Assembly: GCF_003334305.1 (NCBI RefSeq)
Contig: NZ_QOWS01000017.1
DNA length: 64,000 nt
Strand: one strand, 5' to 3'
From: Escherichia coli
Lineage (GTDB): Bacteria; Pseudomonadota; Gammaproteobacteria; Enterobacterales; Enterobacteriaceae
Under the pieces are notes generated by a model, which ran no database searches, was not told the origin of the DNA, and was given only the letters and a program-made list of their open reading frames with translations. Each line of letters starts with the position of its first letter. Within the stretch, counting starts at the first letter, position 1. Of this stretch, positions 13,613 to 26,397 are shown piece after piece. A program made the position numbers and the translations under genes.

Positions 13613-14779
13613 ATGACGAGTCTATTTACGGAATGGTATATGGGCAATTATATTCGTCCCTTATCCGATGCGGTATTTACCATCGCATCTGATGACCTGT
13701 GGATCGAGAGTTTAGCGATCCAACAATTACACACCACGGCAAATTTACCCAACATGCAGCGCGTAGTGGGGATGCCAGATTTACATCCCGGACGCGGCTA
13801 TCCGATTGGCGCAGCGTTCTTCTCTGTTGGTCGTTTTTATCCGGCACTGGTCGGCAATGATATCGGCTGCGGTATGGCGCTATGGCAAACAGATATTCTC
13901 ACTCGCAAATACAACGCCGATAAGTTTGAAAAGCGATTATCAGATCTGGATGACGTTGCTGAAGAAAGCTGGCTGGAGGAAAACCTGCCGTCAGCATTTG
14001 CACAGCATCCGTGGCGCAGCTCGCTTGGCTCTATCGGTGGCGGCAATCATTTCGCTGAACTGCAACAAGTTGATCAAATCATCAACGCTGAACTGTTTGC
14101 ACTGGCAGGTCTGGATGCACAACATCTGCAACTGTTGGTTCATAGCGGCTCGCGGGGGGTGGGGCAGTCTATTTTACAGCGGCATATTGCCTCGTTCTCG
14201 CATCATGGTTTGCCTCAAGGCAGTGACGACGCGCTACGGTATATTGCGGAACATGACGATGCGCTGGCGTTTGCGTGTATTAATCGCCAGATGATCGCTT
14301 TGCGCATAATGCAACAAGTTAAGGCCACGGGAAGTCCGGTTCTGGATGTGGCGCATAACTTTGTTAGCGCGTGTCAAATCGGCGATCAACAGGGCTGGTT
14401 GCATCGTAAAGGTGCCACGCCGGATGACAACGGTCTGGTGATTATTCCCGGTTCACGTGGTGATTACTCCTGGATTGTACAGCCTGTTGCGAACGAAAAA
14501 ACGCTCCACTCGCTGGCGCATGGGGCAGGGCGTAAATGGGGGCGCACCGAGTGTAAAGGGCGTCTGGCAGCGAAATACACGGCGACGCAACTCTCGCGTA
14601 CTGAACTTGGCAGTCGGGTAATTTGTCGCGATAAACAACTCATCTTTGAAGAAGCGCCACAAGCCTATAAATCGGCTGAAAGCGTGGTGCAATGTCTGGT
14701 GCAGGCCGGTTTAATTATTCCTGTCGCGCGGCTGCGTCCGGTGCTAACGCTCAAAAACAGTGGAGGGAAAAAAGGATGA
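13613..14779 (+). CDS. RtcB-family RNA ligase paralogue (RtcB2)
   Basis: 388-aa ORF with RtcB hallmarks (…[15 protein letters not shown]…, …GGGNHFAEL…, …HGAGR…); stop overlaps the prfH start (ATGA). Confidence 0.8.
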   Translation: MTSLFTEWYMGNYIRPLSDAVFTIASDDLWIESLAIQQLHTTANLPNMQRVVGMPDLHPGRGYPIGAAFFSVGRFYPALVGNDIGCGMALWQTDILTRKYNADKFEKRLSDLDDVAEESWLEENLPSAFAQHPWRSSLGSIGGGNHFAELQQVDQIINAELFALAGLDAQHLQLLVHSGSRGVGQSILQRHIASFSHHGLPQGSDDALRYIAEHDDALAFACINRQMIALRIMQQVKATGSPVLDVAHNFVSACQIGDQQGWLHRKGATPDDNGLVIIPGSRGDYSWIVQPVANEKTLHSLAHGAGRKWGRTECKGRLAAKYTATQLSRTELGSRVICRDKQLIFEEAPQAYKSAESVVQCLVQAGLIIPVARLRPVLTLKNSGGKKG

Positions 14780-15390
14780 TCTTGCTACAACTCTCCTCAG
14801 CGCAGGGGCCGGAAGAATGTTGTCTCGCAGTGAAAAAGGCGCTGGACAGGCTAATTAAAGAAGCTGCCCGACAAGACGTCGCGGTAACGGTGTTGGAAAC
14901 AGAAACGGGCCGCTACTCTGACACGCTGCGTTCAGCTCTGGTTTCTCTGGATGGCGATAACGCATGGGCATTAAGCGAAAGCTGGTGCGGCACTATTCAG
15001 TGGATTTGTCCGAGTCCGTATCGGCCTCATCATGGGCGCAAAAACTGGTTTCTGGGCATTGGGCGTTTTACCGCTGATGAGCAGGAACAATCGGATGCAA
15101 TCCGTTATGAGACGTTGCGTTCGTCGGGGCCGGGCGGTCAACATGTCAATAAAACCGACTCGGCGGTACGCGCCACGCATTTGGCATCCGGTATTAGCGT
15201 GAAGGTTCAGTCAGAGCGTAGTCAGCATGCTAACAAGCGGCTGGCACGATTGCTGATTGCCTGGAAGCTGGAGCAGCAGCAACAGGAAAATAGCGCGGTG
15301 CTGAAATCGCAGCGGCGAATGTTCCATCACCAGATTGAACGTGGCAACCCGAGACGGACATTTACAGGGATGGCTTTTATCGAAGGATAA
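14776..15390 (+). CDS. prfH: peptide chain release factor homologue PrfH (intact)
   Basis: 204 aa from MILLQLSS...; GGQ motif (…[16 protein letters not shown]…) of class I release factors. Confidence 0.8.
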   Translation: MILLQLSSAQGPEECCLAVKKALDRLIKEAARQDVAVTVLETETGRYSDTLRSALVSLDGDNAWALSESWCGTIQWICPSPYRPHHGRKNWFLGIGRFTADEQEQSDAIRYETLRSSGPGGQHVNKTDSAVRATHLASGISVKVQSERSQHANKRLARLLIAWKLEQQQQENSAVLKSQRRMFHHQIERGNPRRTFTGMAFIEG

Positions 15391-15446
15391 TGAAGGATGA
15401 AACTGCCGGAAGGCGATTAAACGCCATCCGGCAGCAAATCAAATAA

Positions 15447-16904
15447 TTACTTCGCCGGAATTTCTTTCAGCAGTTCAGTCAGCAGTGTCCAGTAATGACC
15501 TACGCTTTCGATGTGAACTTGCTCATCCGGAGAGTGTGGACCGGTGATAGTTGGCCCGATAGAAACCATGTCCATTTCCGGATACGGTTTTTTGAACAGA
15601 CCACATTCCAGGCCCGCGTGGATAATCTGGATGTTCGGTGTTTTGTTGAACAGACGCTGATAGGTTTCACGTACCAGATGCATCACCGGAGAATTAGCGT
15701 CCGGCTGCCAGCCAGGATATGCGCCTTTCGCTTCGGTTTTCGCGCCAGCTAGTTTACCCAGCGAATCCAGCATGCTCACCACGTAGTCTTTACCGCTGTC
15801 GATCAGTGAACGGATCAGGCAGTGAATTTCTACGTTATTGTCAGTCATGGTCACCACACCGACGTTCAGGGAGGTTTCGACCACACCTTTTGCCACGTCG
15901 GAATTGCGGATCACACCGTTCGGGGTGGCGTTCAGCAGACGAATAAAGGTATCGCGAGATTTCGCAATCAGGGCAGCTTTATCGTTCGCTACAGAGTCCA
16001 GCAACAAGGCCAGATTTTTCTCTTTCTCTGCCAGCTCGTTTTTCAGGATCTCCTGATAGGTATTCACCAGAGATTTCAGGACGTCGACTTTATCAGCTGC
16101 GACAGCAATGGTCGCAAAGGCTTCACGCGGGATGGCGTTACGCAGTGTGCCGCCGTTGAAATCGATAAGGCGCAGATCCAGTTCTTCCGCATGACCCGCC
16201 AGGAAGCGCACCAGTAGTTTGTTGGCATTACCCAGGCCAACGTGGATTTCACCGCCGGAGTGACCGCCTTTCAGACCTTTTAAGGTTAACTTGAAGGTTT
16301 CAAAACCAGCTGGAACCGCTTCACGATCTAAATGCAGGTTGGAGGTGAAGTCGATACCCCCCGCACAACCCATGTAGATTTCACCTTCTTCTTCGGAGTC
16401 GGTGTTAATCAGAATATCAGCCTGCAACCAGTTGCTCTGTAAGCCGAACGCACCGTCCATACCGGCTTCTTCGGTCATGGTCAGCAGCACTTCCAGCGGG
16501 CCGTGAACCACGTTTTCGTCAGCCAGAACCGCCAGCGCAGACGCCATACCAATGCCGTTATCTGCACCCAGCGTGGTGCCGCGCGCTTTAACCCATTCGC
16601 CATCAATATAAGGCTGGATAGGATCTTTCGTGAAGTCATGCACGGTGTCGTTATTTTTCTGCGGCACCATATCGAGGTGGGCCTGTAAGACGACCGGTTT
16701 ACGATTTTCCATACCTGCGGTAGCAGGTTTACGAATCAGGATATTACCTACCTGATCGCGTTCGACATGGAAACCTTTCTCTTTTGCCCAACCAACAATG
16801 TATTCAGCGAGTTGCTCTTCATGATAGGACGGGTGAGGAATAGAACAGATTTTGGCAAAAATATCCCACAGCGGCTGTGGAGATAATTGAGACAGTTCAG
16901 ACAC
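15447..16904 (-). CDS. pepD: cytosol non-specific dipeptidase (aminoacyl-histidine dipeptidase)
   Basis: 485-aa ORF, M20-family peptidase sequence matching PepD. Confidence 0.95.
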   Translation of the reverse strand: MSELSQLSPQPLWDIFAKICSIPHPSYHEEQLAEYIVGWAKEKGFHVERDQVGNILIRKPATAGMENRKPVVLQAHLDMVPQKNNDTVHDFTKDPIQPYIDGEWVKARGTTLGADNGIGMASALAVLADENVVHGPLEVLLTMTEEAGMDGAFGLQSNWLQADILINTDSEEEGEIYMGCAGGIDFTSNLHLDREAVPAGFETFKLTLKGLKGGHSGGEIHVGLGNANKLLVRFLAGHAEELDLRLIDFNGGTLRNAIPREAFATIAVAADKVDVLKSLVNTYQEILKNELAEKEKNLALLLDSVANDKAALIAKSRDTFIRLLNATPNGVIRNSDVAKGVVETSLNVGVVTMTDNNVEIHCLIRSLIDSGKDYVVSMLDSLGKLAGAKTEAKGAYPGWQPDANSPVMHLVRETYQRLFNKTPNIQIIHAGLECGLFKKPYPEMDMVSIGPTITGPHSPDEQVHIESVGHYWTLLTELLKEIPAK

Positions 16905-17164
16905 GTTAAGTCTCCTTGTCGATCACCCGCAAAACAGTATTGCAGGTCACAGGGTTAGCAGAAAATGTTGTCAACACAAGACAGGCTTGCGAGATATGTT
17001 TGAGAATACCACTTTATCCCGCGTCAGGGAGAGGCAGTGCGTAAAAAGACGCGGACTCATGTGAAATACTGGTTTTTAGTGCGCCAGATCTCTATAATCT
17101 CGCGCAACCTATTTTCCCCTCGAACACTTTTTAAGCCGTAGATAAACAGGCTGGGACACTTCAC

Positions 17165-17623
17165 ATGAGCGAAAAATACATCGTCACCTGGGACATGTTG
17201 CAGATCCATGCACGTAAACTCGCAAGCCGACTGATGCCTTCTGAACAATGGAAAGGCATTATTGCCGTAAGCCGTGGCGGTCTGGTACCGGGTGCGTTAC
17301 TGGCGCGTGAACTGGGTATTCGTCATGTCGATACCGTTTGTATTTCCAGCTACGATCACGACAACCAGCGCGAGCTTAAAGTGCTAAAACGCGCAGAAGG
17401 CGATGGCGAAGGCTTCATCGTTATTGATGACCTGGTGGATACCGGTGGTACTGCGGTTGCGATTCGTGAAATGTATCCAAAAGCACATTTTGTGACTATC
17501 TTCGCAAAACCGGCTGGTCGTCCGCTGGTTGATGACTATGTTGTTGATATCCCGCAAGATACCTGGATCGAACAGCCGTGGGATATGGGCGTCGTATTCG
17601 TCCCGCCAATCTCCGGTCGCTAA
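17165..17623 (+). CDS. gpt: xanthine-guanine phosphoribosyltransferase
   Basis: 152-aa ORF with PRPP-binding motif (…[11 protein letters not shown]…). Confidence 0.95.
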
Positions 17624-17714
17624 TCTTTTCAACGCCTGGCACTGCCGGGCGTTGTTCTTTTTAACTTCAGGCGGGTTACAATAGTTTCCAGTAAGTATTC
17701 TGGAGGCTGCATCC

Positions 17715-18959
17715 ATGACACAGGCAAACCTGAGCGAAACCCTGTTCAAACCCCGCTTTAAACATCCTGAAACCTCGACGCTAGTCCGCCGCTTTAATCA
17801 CGGCGCACAACCGCCTGTGCAGTCGGCTCTTGATGGTAAAACCATCCCTCACTGGTATCGCATGATTAACCGTCTGATGTGGATCTGGCGCGGCATTGAC
17901 CCACGTGAAATCCTCGACGTCCAGGCACGTATTGTGATGAGCGATGCTGAACGTACCGATGATGATTTATACGATACCGTGATTGGCTACCGTGGTGGCA
18001 ACTGGATTTATGAGTGGGCCACCCAGGCGATGGTGTGGCAACAAAAAGCCTGTGCGGAAGAAGATCCGCAACTCAGTGGTCGACACTGGCTGCATGCGGC
18101 TACGTTGTACAACATTGCCGCCTATCCTCATCTGAAAGGAGATGACCTGGCCGAGCAAGCGCAGGCTTTATCAAACCGCGCCTATGAAGAGGCCGCCCAG
18201 CGTCTGCCGGGCACGATGCGGCAGATGGAGTTTACCGTACCCGGCGGTGCGCCCATCACCGGCTTTTTGCATATGCCGAAAGGCGATGGCCCGTTCCCGA
18301 CAGTATTAATGTGTGGTGGTCTGGATGCGATGCAGACGGACTATTACAGCCTGTATGAACGTTATTTTGCGCCGCGCGGCATTGCGATGCTGACTATTGA
18401 TATGCCGTCGGTGGGCTTTTCTTCAAAATGGAAGCTCACCCAGGACTCCAGCCTGTTGCATCAGCACGTCTTAAAGGCGCTGCCTAACGTACCGTGGGTG
18501 GATCACACTCGCGTCGCGGCCTTTGGTTTCCGTTTCGGCGCTAACGTTGCCGTGCGTCTGGCATACCTTGAATCGCCGCGTCTGAAAGCGGTTGCCTGTC
18601 TTGGTCCGGTAGTTCATACCCTGTTGAGTGATTTTAAGTGCCAGCAACAGGTGCCGGAAATGTATCTTGACGTTCTGGCGAGTCGTTTGGGGATGCATGA
18701 TGCTTCCGATGACGCGTTGCGCGTGGAGCTGAATCGCTATTCATTAAAAGTGCAAGGATTGCTGGGACGTCGCTGCCCAACGCCAATGTTATCAGGCTAC
18801 TGGAAGAACGATCCGTTCAGCCCGGAAGAGGACTCACGCTTAATCACCTCATCATCTGCTGACGGTAAATTATTAGAGATCCCATTTAACCCGGTGTATC
18901 GGAATTTTGACAAAGGTCTTCAGGAAATCACCGGCTGGATCGAAAAACGCTTGTGTTAA
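17715..18959 (+). CDS. frsA: esterase FrsA (alpha/beta hydrolase)
   Basis: 414-aa ORF matching FrsA. Confidence 0.9.
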   Translation: MTQANLSETLFKPRFKHPETSTLVRRFNHGAQPPVQSALDGKTIPHWYRMINRLMWIWRGIDPREILDVQARIVMSDAERTDDDLYDTVIGYRGGNWIYEWATQAMVWQQKACAEEDPQLSGRHWLHAATLYNIAAYPHLKGDDLAEQAQALSNRAYEEAAQRLPGTMRQMEFTVPGGAPITGFLHMPKGDGPFPTVLMCGGLDAMQTDYYSLYERYFAPRGIAMLTIDMPSVGFSSKWKLTQDSSLLHQHVLKALPNVPWVDHTRVAAFGFRFGANVAVRLAYLESPRLKAVACLGPVVHTLLSDFKCQQQVPEMYLDVLASRLGMHDASDDALRVELNRYSLKVQGLLGRRCPTPMLSGYWKNDPFSPEEDSRLITSSSADGKLLEIPFNPVYRNFDKGLQEITGWIEKRLC

Positions 18960-19418
<459 letters not shown>

Positions 19419-19456
19419 GTGAAATGTGCCGGATGCATCACATCCGGCAATAATCA

Positions 19457-20512
19457 TTAAAACTGATAGGTCATGCCAACCGCGACAATATCATCATTAT
19501 TAATATTCAATTTGTTATCGCTATCCAGTTGGTTGATTTTATAATCAACAAACGCTGACATATTTTTGTTGAAATAATATGTAGCCCCGACATCGATATA
19601 ATTGACCAGATCTTCATCACCGATACCTTCAATATCTTTCCCTTTCGATAAGACATAACCCAGCGATGGACGCAGACCAAAGTCAAACTGGTATTGAGCG
19701 ACCGCTTCAAAGTTCTGTGTCTTATTGGCAAAGCCGCCAGTTATTGGCGTCATTTTGCGTGTTTCAGAATAAAAAGTTGCCAGATAAATATTATTGGCAT
19801 CGTATTTCAGACCTGTTGCCCATGCTTCTGCACGCTTGCCAGTGCCACGGCTTTGCAGGTTCTGCTCGTTGGTGCGATCTGAGTTGGTATAGGCACCACT
19901 AATGGCGAAATCGCTGCCGCCAAAGTCATATGTCAATGACGTGCCGAAGCCATCGCCGTTTTGCTTTTTAACGTCGCGGTTTTCGTTTTTCCCTTGATAT
20001 TGCAGGGTTAAGTTCAGGCCATCGATAACGCCGAAGAAGTCGGTGTTCCGATACGTCGCCAGACCGCTGGCGCGTTTGGTCATAAAGTTGTCGGTCTGCG
20101 CCGAGGAGTCGCCACCAAATTCCGGGAACATATCGGTCCAGGCTTCCACGTCATACAACGCGCCCAGGTTACGGCCATAGTCGAAAGAACCCAAATCTTT
20201 ATACTTCAATCCGGCAAAAGCGAGACGCGTTTTTTGCTGTGCAGTATCACTCTCCGCTTTATTTCCGGCAAACTCCGCTTCCCAACGGCCATAGCCAGTC
20301 AGTTGATCGTTAATTTGTGTTTCGCCTTTAAAACCAAAACGGATATAACTCTGGTCGCCATCTTTACTGTCGTTATCACTCATATAATGCATGGCTTTAA
20401 CTTTGCCATAGACATCCAGTTTATTACCGTCTTTGTTATATATTTCTGCGGCCTGTACGGATGCAGATGCCACAATGCCCATCACCACTAATGCCAGAGT
20501 GCTCTTTTTCAT
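19457..20512 (-). CDS. phoE: outer membrane phosphoporin PhoE
   Basis: Porin with signal peptide; start placed at MKKSTLAL... (351 aa); C-terminal …GMTYQF. Confidence 0.9.
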   Translation of the reverse strand: MKKSTLALVVMGIVASASVQAAEIYNKDGNKLDVYGKVKAMHYMSDNDSKDGDQSYIRFGFKGETQINDQLTGYGRWEAEFAGNKAESDTAQQKTRLAFAGLKYKDLGSFDYGRNLGALYDVEAWTDMFPEFGGDSSAQTDNFMTKRASGLATYRNTDFFGVIDGLNLTLQYQGKNENRDVKKQNGDGFGTSLTYDFGGSDFAISGAYTNSDRTNEQNLQSRGTGKRAEAWATGLKYDANNIYLATFYSETRKMTPITGGFANKTQNFEAVAQYQFDFGLRPSLGYVLSKGKDIEGIGDEDLVNYIDVGATYYFNKNMSAFVDYKINQLDSDNKLNINNDDIVAVGMTYQF

Positions 20513-20799
20513 TTTCATTCCTGATTTTAATTAACGCGCGAATATTCAGCGGGAGAGCCCCGTTGAAAACAGGAAAGTTTTTAACCTGAGATTGTTAAAG
20601 ATATATTACAGATTAATAATATTCTTAAAATGTGGTAATTTATTAAATCTGTAATAAAAGCGTAAACAACTGCCGCTAGGCTTGCTGATCCCGCGCAACA
20701 AAACGCCATGCTTTGCTTGCAGATGGTTGGCAACCGACGACAGTCCTGCTAAAACGTTCGTTTGATATCATTTTTCCTAAAATTGAATGGCAGAGAATC

Positions 20800-21903
20800 A
20801 TGAGTGACAGCCAGACGCTGGTGGTAAAACTCGGCACCAGTGTGCTAACAGGCGGATCGCGCCGTCTGAACCGTGCCCATATCGTTGAACTTGTTCGCCA
20901 GTGCGCGCAGTTACATGCCGCCGGGCATCGGATTGTTATTGTGACGTCGGGCGCGATCGCCGCCGGACGTGAGCACCTGGGGTACCCGGAACTGCCAGCG
21001 ACTATCGCCTCGAAACAACTGCTGGCGGCGGTAGGGCAGAGTCGACTGATTCAACTGTGGGAACAGCTGTTTTCGATTTATGGCATTCACGTCGGGCAGA
21101 TGCTGCTGACCCGTGCTGATATGGAAGACCGTGAACGCTTCCTGAACGCCCGCGACACCCTGCGTGCGTTGCTCGATAACAATATCGTTCCGGTAATCAA
21201 TGAGAACGATGCTGTCGCTACGGCAGAGATTAAGGTCGGCGATAACGATAACCTTTCTGCGCTGGCGGCGATTCTGGCGGGTGCCGATAAACTGTTGCTG
21301 CTGACCGATCAAAAAGGTTTGTATACCGCTGATCCGCGCAGCAATCCGCAGGCAGAACTGATTAAAGATGTTTACGGCATTGATGACGCACTGCGCGCGA
21401 TTGCCGGTGACAGCGTTTCAGGCCTCGGAACTGGCGGCATGAGTACCAAATTGCAGGCCGCTGACGTGGCTTGCCGTGCGGGTATCGACACCATTATTGC
21501 CGCGGGCAGCAAGCCGGGCGTTATTGGTGATGTGATGGAAGGCATTTCCGTCGGTACGCTGTTCCATGCCCAGGCGACTCCGCTTGAAAACCGTAAACGC
21601 TGGATTTTCGGTGCGCCGCCGGCGGGTGAAATCACGGTAGATGAAGGGGCAACTGCCGCCATTCTTGAACGCGGCAGCTCCCTGTTGCCGAAAGGCATTA
21701 AAAGCGTGACTGGCAATTTCTCGCGTGGTGAAGTCATCCGCATTTGCAACCTCGAAGGTCGCGATATCGCCCACGGCGTCAGTCGTTACAACAGCGATGC
21801 ATTACGCCGTATTGCCGGGCACCACTCGCAAGAAATTGATGCAATACTGGGATATGAATACGGCCCGGTTGCCGTTCACCGTGATGACATGATTACCCGT
21901 TAA
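20800..21903 (+). CDS. proB: glutamate 5-kinase
   Basis: ORF 20713-21903; start placed at [14 protein letters not shown]... (367 aa). Confidence 0.9.
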
Positions 21904-21914
21904 GGAGCAGGCTG

Positions 21915-23168
21915 ATGCTGGAACAAATGGGCATTGCCGCGAAGCAAGCCTCGTATAAATTAGCGCAACTCTCCAGCCGCGAAAAAAATCGCGTGCTGGA
22001 AAAAATCGCCGATGAACTGGAAGCACAAAGCGAAATCATCCTCAACGCTAACGCCCAGGATGTTGCTGACGCGCGTGCCAATGGCCTTGGCGAAGCGATG
22101 CTTGACCGTCTGGCACTGACGCCCGCACGGCTGAAAGGCATTGCCGATGATGTGCGCCAGGTGTGTAACCTCGCCGATCCGGTGGGGCAGGTAATCGATG
22201 GCAGCGTACTGGACAGCGGCCTGCGTCTTGAGCGTCGTCGCGTGCCGCTGGGGGTGATTGGCGTGATTTATGAAGCGCGCCCGAACGTGACGGTTGATGT
22301 CGCTTCGCTGTGCCTGAAAACCGGTAATGCGGTGATCCTGCGTGGTGGCAAAGAAACCTGTCGCACTAACGCGGCAACGGTGGCGGTGATTCAGGACGCC
22401 CTGAAATCCTGTGGCTTACCGGCGGGTGCCGTGCAGGCGATTGATAATCCTGACCGTGCGCTGGTCAGTGAAATGCTGCGTATGGATAAATACATCGACA
22501 TGCTGATCCCGCGTGGTGGCGCTGGTTTGCATAAACTGTGCCGTGAACAGTCGACAATCCCGGTGATCACAGGTGGTATAGGCGTATGCCATATTTACGT
22601 TGATGAAAGTGTAGAGATCGCTGAAGCATTAAAAGTGATCGTCAACGCGAAAACTCAGCGTCCGAGCACATGTAATACGGTTGAAACGTTGCTGGTGAAT
22701 AAAAACATCGCCGATAGCTTCCTGCCCGCATTAAGCAAACAAATGGCGGAAAGCGGCGTGACATTACACGCAGATGCAGCTGCACTGGCGCAGTTGCAGG
22801 CAGGCCCTGCGAAGGTGGTTGCTGTTAAAGCCGAAGAGTATGACGATGAGTTTCTGTCATTAGATTTGAACGTCAAAATCGTCAGCGATCTTGACGATGC
22901 CATCGCCCATATTCGTGAACACGGCACACAACACTCCGATGCGATCCTGACCCGCGATATGCGCAACGCCCAGCGTTTTGTTAACGAAGTGGATTCGTCC
23001 GCTGTTTACGTTAACGCCTCTACGCGTTTTACCGACGGCGGCCAGTTTGGTCTGGGTGCGGAAGTGGCGGTAAGCACACAAAAACTCCACGCGCGTGGCC
23101 CAATGGGGCTGGAAGCACTGACCACTTACAAGTGGATCGGCATTGGTGATTACACCATTCGTGCGTAA
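21915..23168 (+). CDS. proA: gamma-glutamyl phosphate reductase
   Basis: 417-aa ORF matching ProA. Confidence 0.95.
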   Translation: MLEQMGIAAKQASYKLAQLSSREKNRVLEKIADELEAQSEIILNANAQDVADARANGLGEAMLDRLALTPARLKGIADDVRQVCNLADPVGQVIDGSVLDSGLRLERRRVPLGVIGVIYEARPNVTVDVASLCLKTGNAVILRGGKETCRTNAATVAVIQDALKSCGLPAGAVQAIDNPDRALVSEMLRMDKYIDMLIPRGGAGLHKLCREQSTIPVITGGIGVCHIYVDESVEIAEALKVIVNAKTQRPSTCNTVETLLVNKNIADSFLPALSKQMAESGVTLHADAAALAQLQAGPAKVVAVKAEEYDDEFLSLDLNVKIVSDLDDAIAHIREHGTQHSDAILTRDMRNAQRFVNEVDSSAVYVNASTRFTDGGQFGLGAEVAVSTQKLHARGPMGLEALTTYKWIGIGDYTIRA

Positions 23169-23282
23169 ATAAAACCGGGTGATGCAAAAGTAGCCATTTG
23201 ATTCACAAGGCCATTGACGCATCGCCCGGTTAGTTTTAACCTTGTCCACCGTGATTCACGTTCGTGAACATGTCCTTTCAGG

Positions 23283-23358
23283 GCCGATATAGCTCAGTTG
23301 GTAGAGCAGCGCATTCGTAATGCGAAGGTCGTAGGTTCGACTCCTATTATCGGCACCA
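23283..23358 (+). tRNA. thrW: tRNA-Thr (anticodon CGU)
   Basis: 76-nt cloverleaf sequence GCCGATATAGCTCAGTTGGTAGAGCAGCGCATTCGTAATGCG...CACCA; anticodon loop tTCGTAAt. Confidence 0.9.
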
Positions 23359-23360
23359 TC
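23341..23360. repeat. att core, copy 1 (3' end of thrW): ctcctattatcggcaccatc
   Basis: Exact 20-bp repeat also at 35186-35205; 19/20 copy at 47261-47280. Confidence 0.8.
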
Positions 23361-23522
23361 CCCACTTCTTCAAACGTCCGTATTTGTCCGTAACCATACT
23401 GTTTTATAAAAGATTTTTTGTTCTTGTTGTCCGTATTAGTCCATAACCTTCCAGTAGAATCCAGTACTAAATGTGTATAGGATTATGTATATGTTCCTGT
23501 TCGACTTTGGAATTCTATACAC

Positions 23523-24692
23523 ATGCCCCTAAATGATATGCAGATTCGTCGTGCTAAACCTGAAGCTAAAGCCTATACACTTGGGGATGGGCAAGGGCTG
23601 TCTTTACTTGTAGAGCCAAATGGAAGTAAAAGCTGGCGATTTCGTTATCGCTATGCAGGTAAACCTAAAATGATCTCGCTTGGTGTCTATCCAACGATCA
23701 CACTTGCTGAAGCTCGTTCCCGTCGTGATGAGGCCCGAAAAATAGTGGCTGAGGGAAAAAACCCTAGTGAGGTACGAAAAGAACAAAAACTAGCATTAAG
23801 AATTCAATCTGAGAATGCATTCGAAAAGATTGCTAGAGAGTGGCATCGGATGAAGTCGTTAAAATGGTCTGCTGGGTACGCCTCGGATATTATGGAAGCG
23901 TTCCAGAATGATATTTTTCCGTATGTGGGAACGAGGCCTATAGGAGAAATTAAACCGCTAGAGCTGTTAAATGTACTGCGTAAAATTGAGAAGCGTGGCG
24001 CATTGGAGAAAATGCGAAAAGTACGGCAACGTTGCTCAGAAGTTTTTCGATATGCCATTGCTACCGGAAGAGCAGAGTTTAATCCTGCCGCAGATCTATC
24101 CAGTGCTCTCGAAGTACATAAATCAAATCATTTTCCATTCTTAAAATCAGATGAGATACCTGATTTTCTGCGTGCTTTAGATCGCTATACAGGGAGTCAA
24201 CTTGTCGTTATTGCTACGAAGTTATTGATGATCACGGGAGTAAGAACCATCGAATTACGTACCGCATTATGGTCAGAATTTGATTTGGATAACGCTATTT
24301 GGGAAATTCCTGCTGAAAGAATGAAAATGCGCAGGTCACATCTTGTTCCATTGTCGACTCAAGCGTTAGATTTACTTAATGAACTCAAGATAATGACAGG
24401 GAACTATCGTTATGTTTTTCCGGGGCGGAACGACCCGAACAAGCCTATGAGTGAGGCGAGTATAAATCAGGTTATCAAAAGGATTGGTTATGGCGGAAAA
24501 CTTACTGGACACGGATTTAGGCATATGATGTCTACATTGTTGCATGAACAAGGGTTTGATTCATTTTGGATTGAGATTCAATTAGCCCATGTAGATAAAA
24601 ATAGTATTCGTGGAACTTATAATCATGCGCTGTATTTAGAAAAGCGAAGAGATATGCTTCAGTGGTACTCTTCTTTTATAATGGAGCACTAA
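23523..24692 (+). CDS. int: P4-type tyrosine integrase
   Basis: 389-aa ORF directly 3' of the tRNA; P4-integrase-like N-terminus and C-terminal R/H-x-x-R/Y catalytic signature (…GHGFRHMMST…). Confidence 0.9.
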   Translation: MPLNDMQIRRAKPEAKAYTLGDGQGLSLLVEPNGSKSWRFRYRYAGKPKMISLGVYPTITLAEARSRRDEARKIVAEGKNPSEVRKEQKLALRIQSENAFEKIAREWHRMKSLKWSAGYASDIMEAFQNDIFPYVGTRPIGEIKPLELLNVLRKIEKRGALEKMRKVRQRCSEVFRYAIATGRAEFNPAADLSSALEVHKSNHFPFLKSDEIPDFLRALDRYTGSQLVVIATKLLMITGVRTIELRTALWSEFDLDNAIWEIPAERMKMRRSHLVPLSTQALDLLNELKIMTGNYRYVFPGRNDPNKPMSEASINQVIKRIGYGGKLTGHGFRHMMSTLLHEQGFDSFWIEIQLAHVDKNSIRGTYNHALYLEKRRDMLQWYSSFIMEH

Positions 24693-24693
24693 A

Positions 24694-26397
24694 ATGTATA
24701 TTGATAATGTGTATTTAAAAGGATTTAGGAACTATTCTGATAGTTTTGTAAAATTTAATTATTCAACTCTTATAATTGGTGGTAATGATGTTGGTAAGAC
24801 CAACTTATTGTATTCATTAAGGATTTTGTTGGATAAAAGCTTTTCGGATTTAGATTTAGAACCTAAAAATAGCGATTTTCATATTGATGCGAAAGGAAAT
24901 CAGTGTGAAGAGTTAGAAATAATAATTAATTTTCGTGAAGTAAAAGAGGATGCTGTTCTCTCTAAGTTAGCGGGGTATGTTAGTGATGATGCACAAACAT
25001 ACATCAAATATAAAGCATACAGAGCTACTCTTGATTACAAGTTATATATAGGCCACAAAGAATCTGAAATGGATGAGATTAGTGGCAGATTTTATCTTAA
25101 ATATTTAAATTTACGCTATGTGAATTCACAGCGAGACCTTGCTAAATATATATCTACAGAGAAAAAACATTTACTTCGGCTTGCTCAGGAAATGAGAAAC
25201 GAGGAGCAAGTGCGGAAGGATGAAAATACTTTGAATGAATTAACTAATTTATTAAATGATGTCAATGATAAGGTAAAAGAAATAAGCTACGTCTCGACCG
25301 CTACGGAAGAATTGAATGATGAGTTAAAGAAATTATCATATAACAATGAAAAGATTTCTGTAATGCTCGATTCTGGAGCAATTGGTGTTGATCAGTTTAT
25401 TGAAAAATTAGAGTTAAGTTCAAATACAAATGGAAAAAAGGTAATGCTTGGAGGGGACGGATTTAATAACCAAGTATTACTTGCATTATGGAAAGCCAAG
25501 AGTGTACGCGAGCACGATACTGAAAATGAAGTGGTTATATATTGTGTTGAAGAACCTGAATCACATCTTTATCCGCACCAACAGAGAAAATTATCTGAGT
25601 ATTTAATTAGTAAATTGCCGGGGCAGTCTCTAGTAACTACGCATTCTCCGCAAATTGCCATTAATTACTCACCAGATTCAATAATTAAAATTTGCTCTTA
25701 TAACGGTGAGTCTTACGCAGCAAGTGAAGGGTGTTCAGATTGCATAAGTAATGCCTGGAGTGGAATGGGATACAGGATGAGTATACTTCCTGCAGAGGCA
25801 TTCTTCGCTAATGTCGTATTCTTGGTCGAAGGGCCTTCTGAAATGTTATTTTATCAGGCCCTTGCAAAAGAGTGCCAAATTGATCTGGATTTCTTTAATA
25901 TAAGTATATTATCAGTTGATGGCGTTCAATTTGAAGTTTATAGAAAAATTCTTGATGCACTTGAGATTAAATGGGTTGCTCGTACAGATAATGATTCGTC
26001 TAAAGTTCCAAGGAAAAAAGAGTGGCAATATTCAGGTTTAAATCGAGCTTTGGCTCTATGTGGAATGGAGCCACTAAAGAATGAATTAACGGAAATATCT
26101 CAAGCTCAAAGAATAGAGAAACACAAAATTTATAAAGATAAGCTTAAACATCATAATATATTTGTTTCAATTAATGATCTCGAGGGTGATATTGGCGTTG
26201 AGTTAAGTACACAGCTGAAAGAATATGTAGGTGTTGATAATGAGGAAATTGCTGCTGATTATTTAAGAGGAAAGAAAGCAATAAGGATGCAAGAGTTCTT
26301 AGGTGAATACTCTTATGCACTGAAAAATATTTCAGACGGTGAATTAATTCAACCCCTTTTAACTGCTGTAAAATTGGCTACGGAAGAGTTGAGATGA
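24694..26397 (+). CDS. gajA: Gabija GajA-like protein: OLD-family ABC-ATPase plus TOPRIM nuclease
   Basis: 567 aa; N-terminal P-loop GGNDVGKTNLLYSL; ABC-like …VIYCVEEPESHLYPHQQRKL…; C-terminal TOPRIM-like …VVFLVEGPSEMLFYQ… and …ARTDNDSSK…. Confidence 0.75.
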   Translation: MYIDNVYLKGFRNYSDSFVKFNYSTLIIGGNDVGKTNLLYSLRILLDKSFSDLDLEPKNSDFHIDAKGNQCEELEIIINFREVKEDAVLSKLAGYVSDDAQTYIKYKAYRATLDYKLYIGHKESEMDEISGRFYLKYLNLRYVNSQRDLAKYISTEKKHLLRLAQEMRNEEQVRKDENTLNELTNLLNDVNDKVKEISYVSTATEELNDELKKLSYNNEKISVMLDSGAIGVDQFIEKLELSSNTNGKKVMLGGDGFNNQVLLALWKAKSVREHDTENEVVIYCVEEPESHLYPHQQRKLSEYLISKLPGQSLVTTHSPQIAINYSPDSIIKICSYNGESYAASEGCSDCISNAWSGMGYRMSILPAEAFFANVVFLVEGPSEMLFYQALAKECQIDLDFFNISILSVDGVQFEVYRKILDALEIKWVARTDNDSSKVPRKKEWQYSGLNRALALCGMEPLKNELTEISQAQRIEKHKIYKDKLKHHNIFVSINDLEGDIGVELSTQLKEYVGVDNEEIAADYLRGKKAIRMQEFLGEYSYALKNISDGELIQPLLTAVKLATEELR

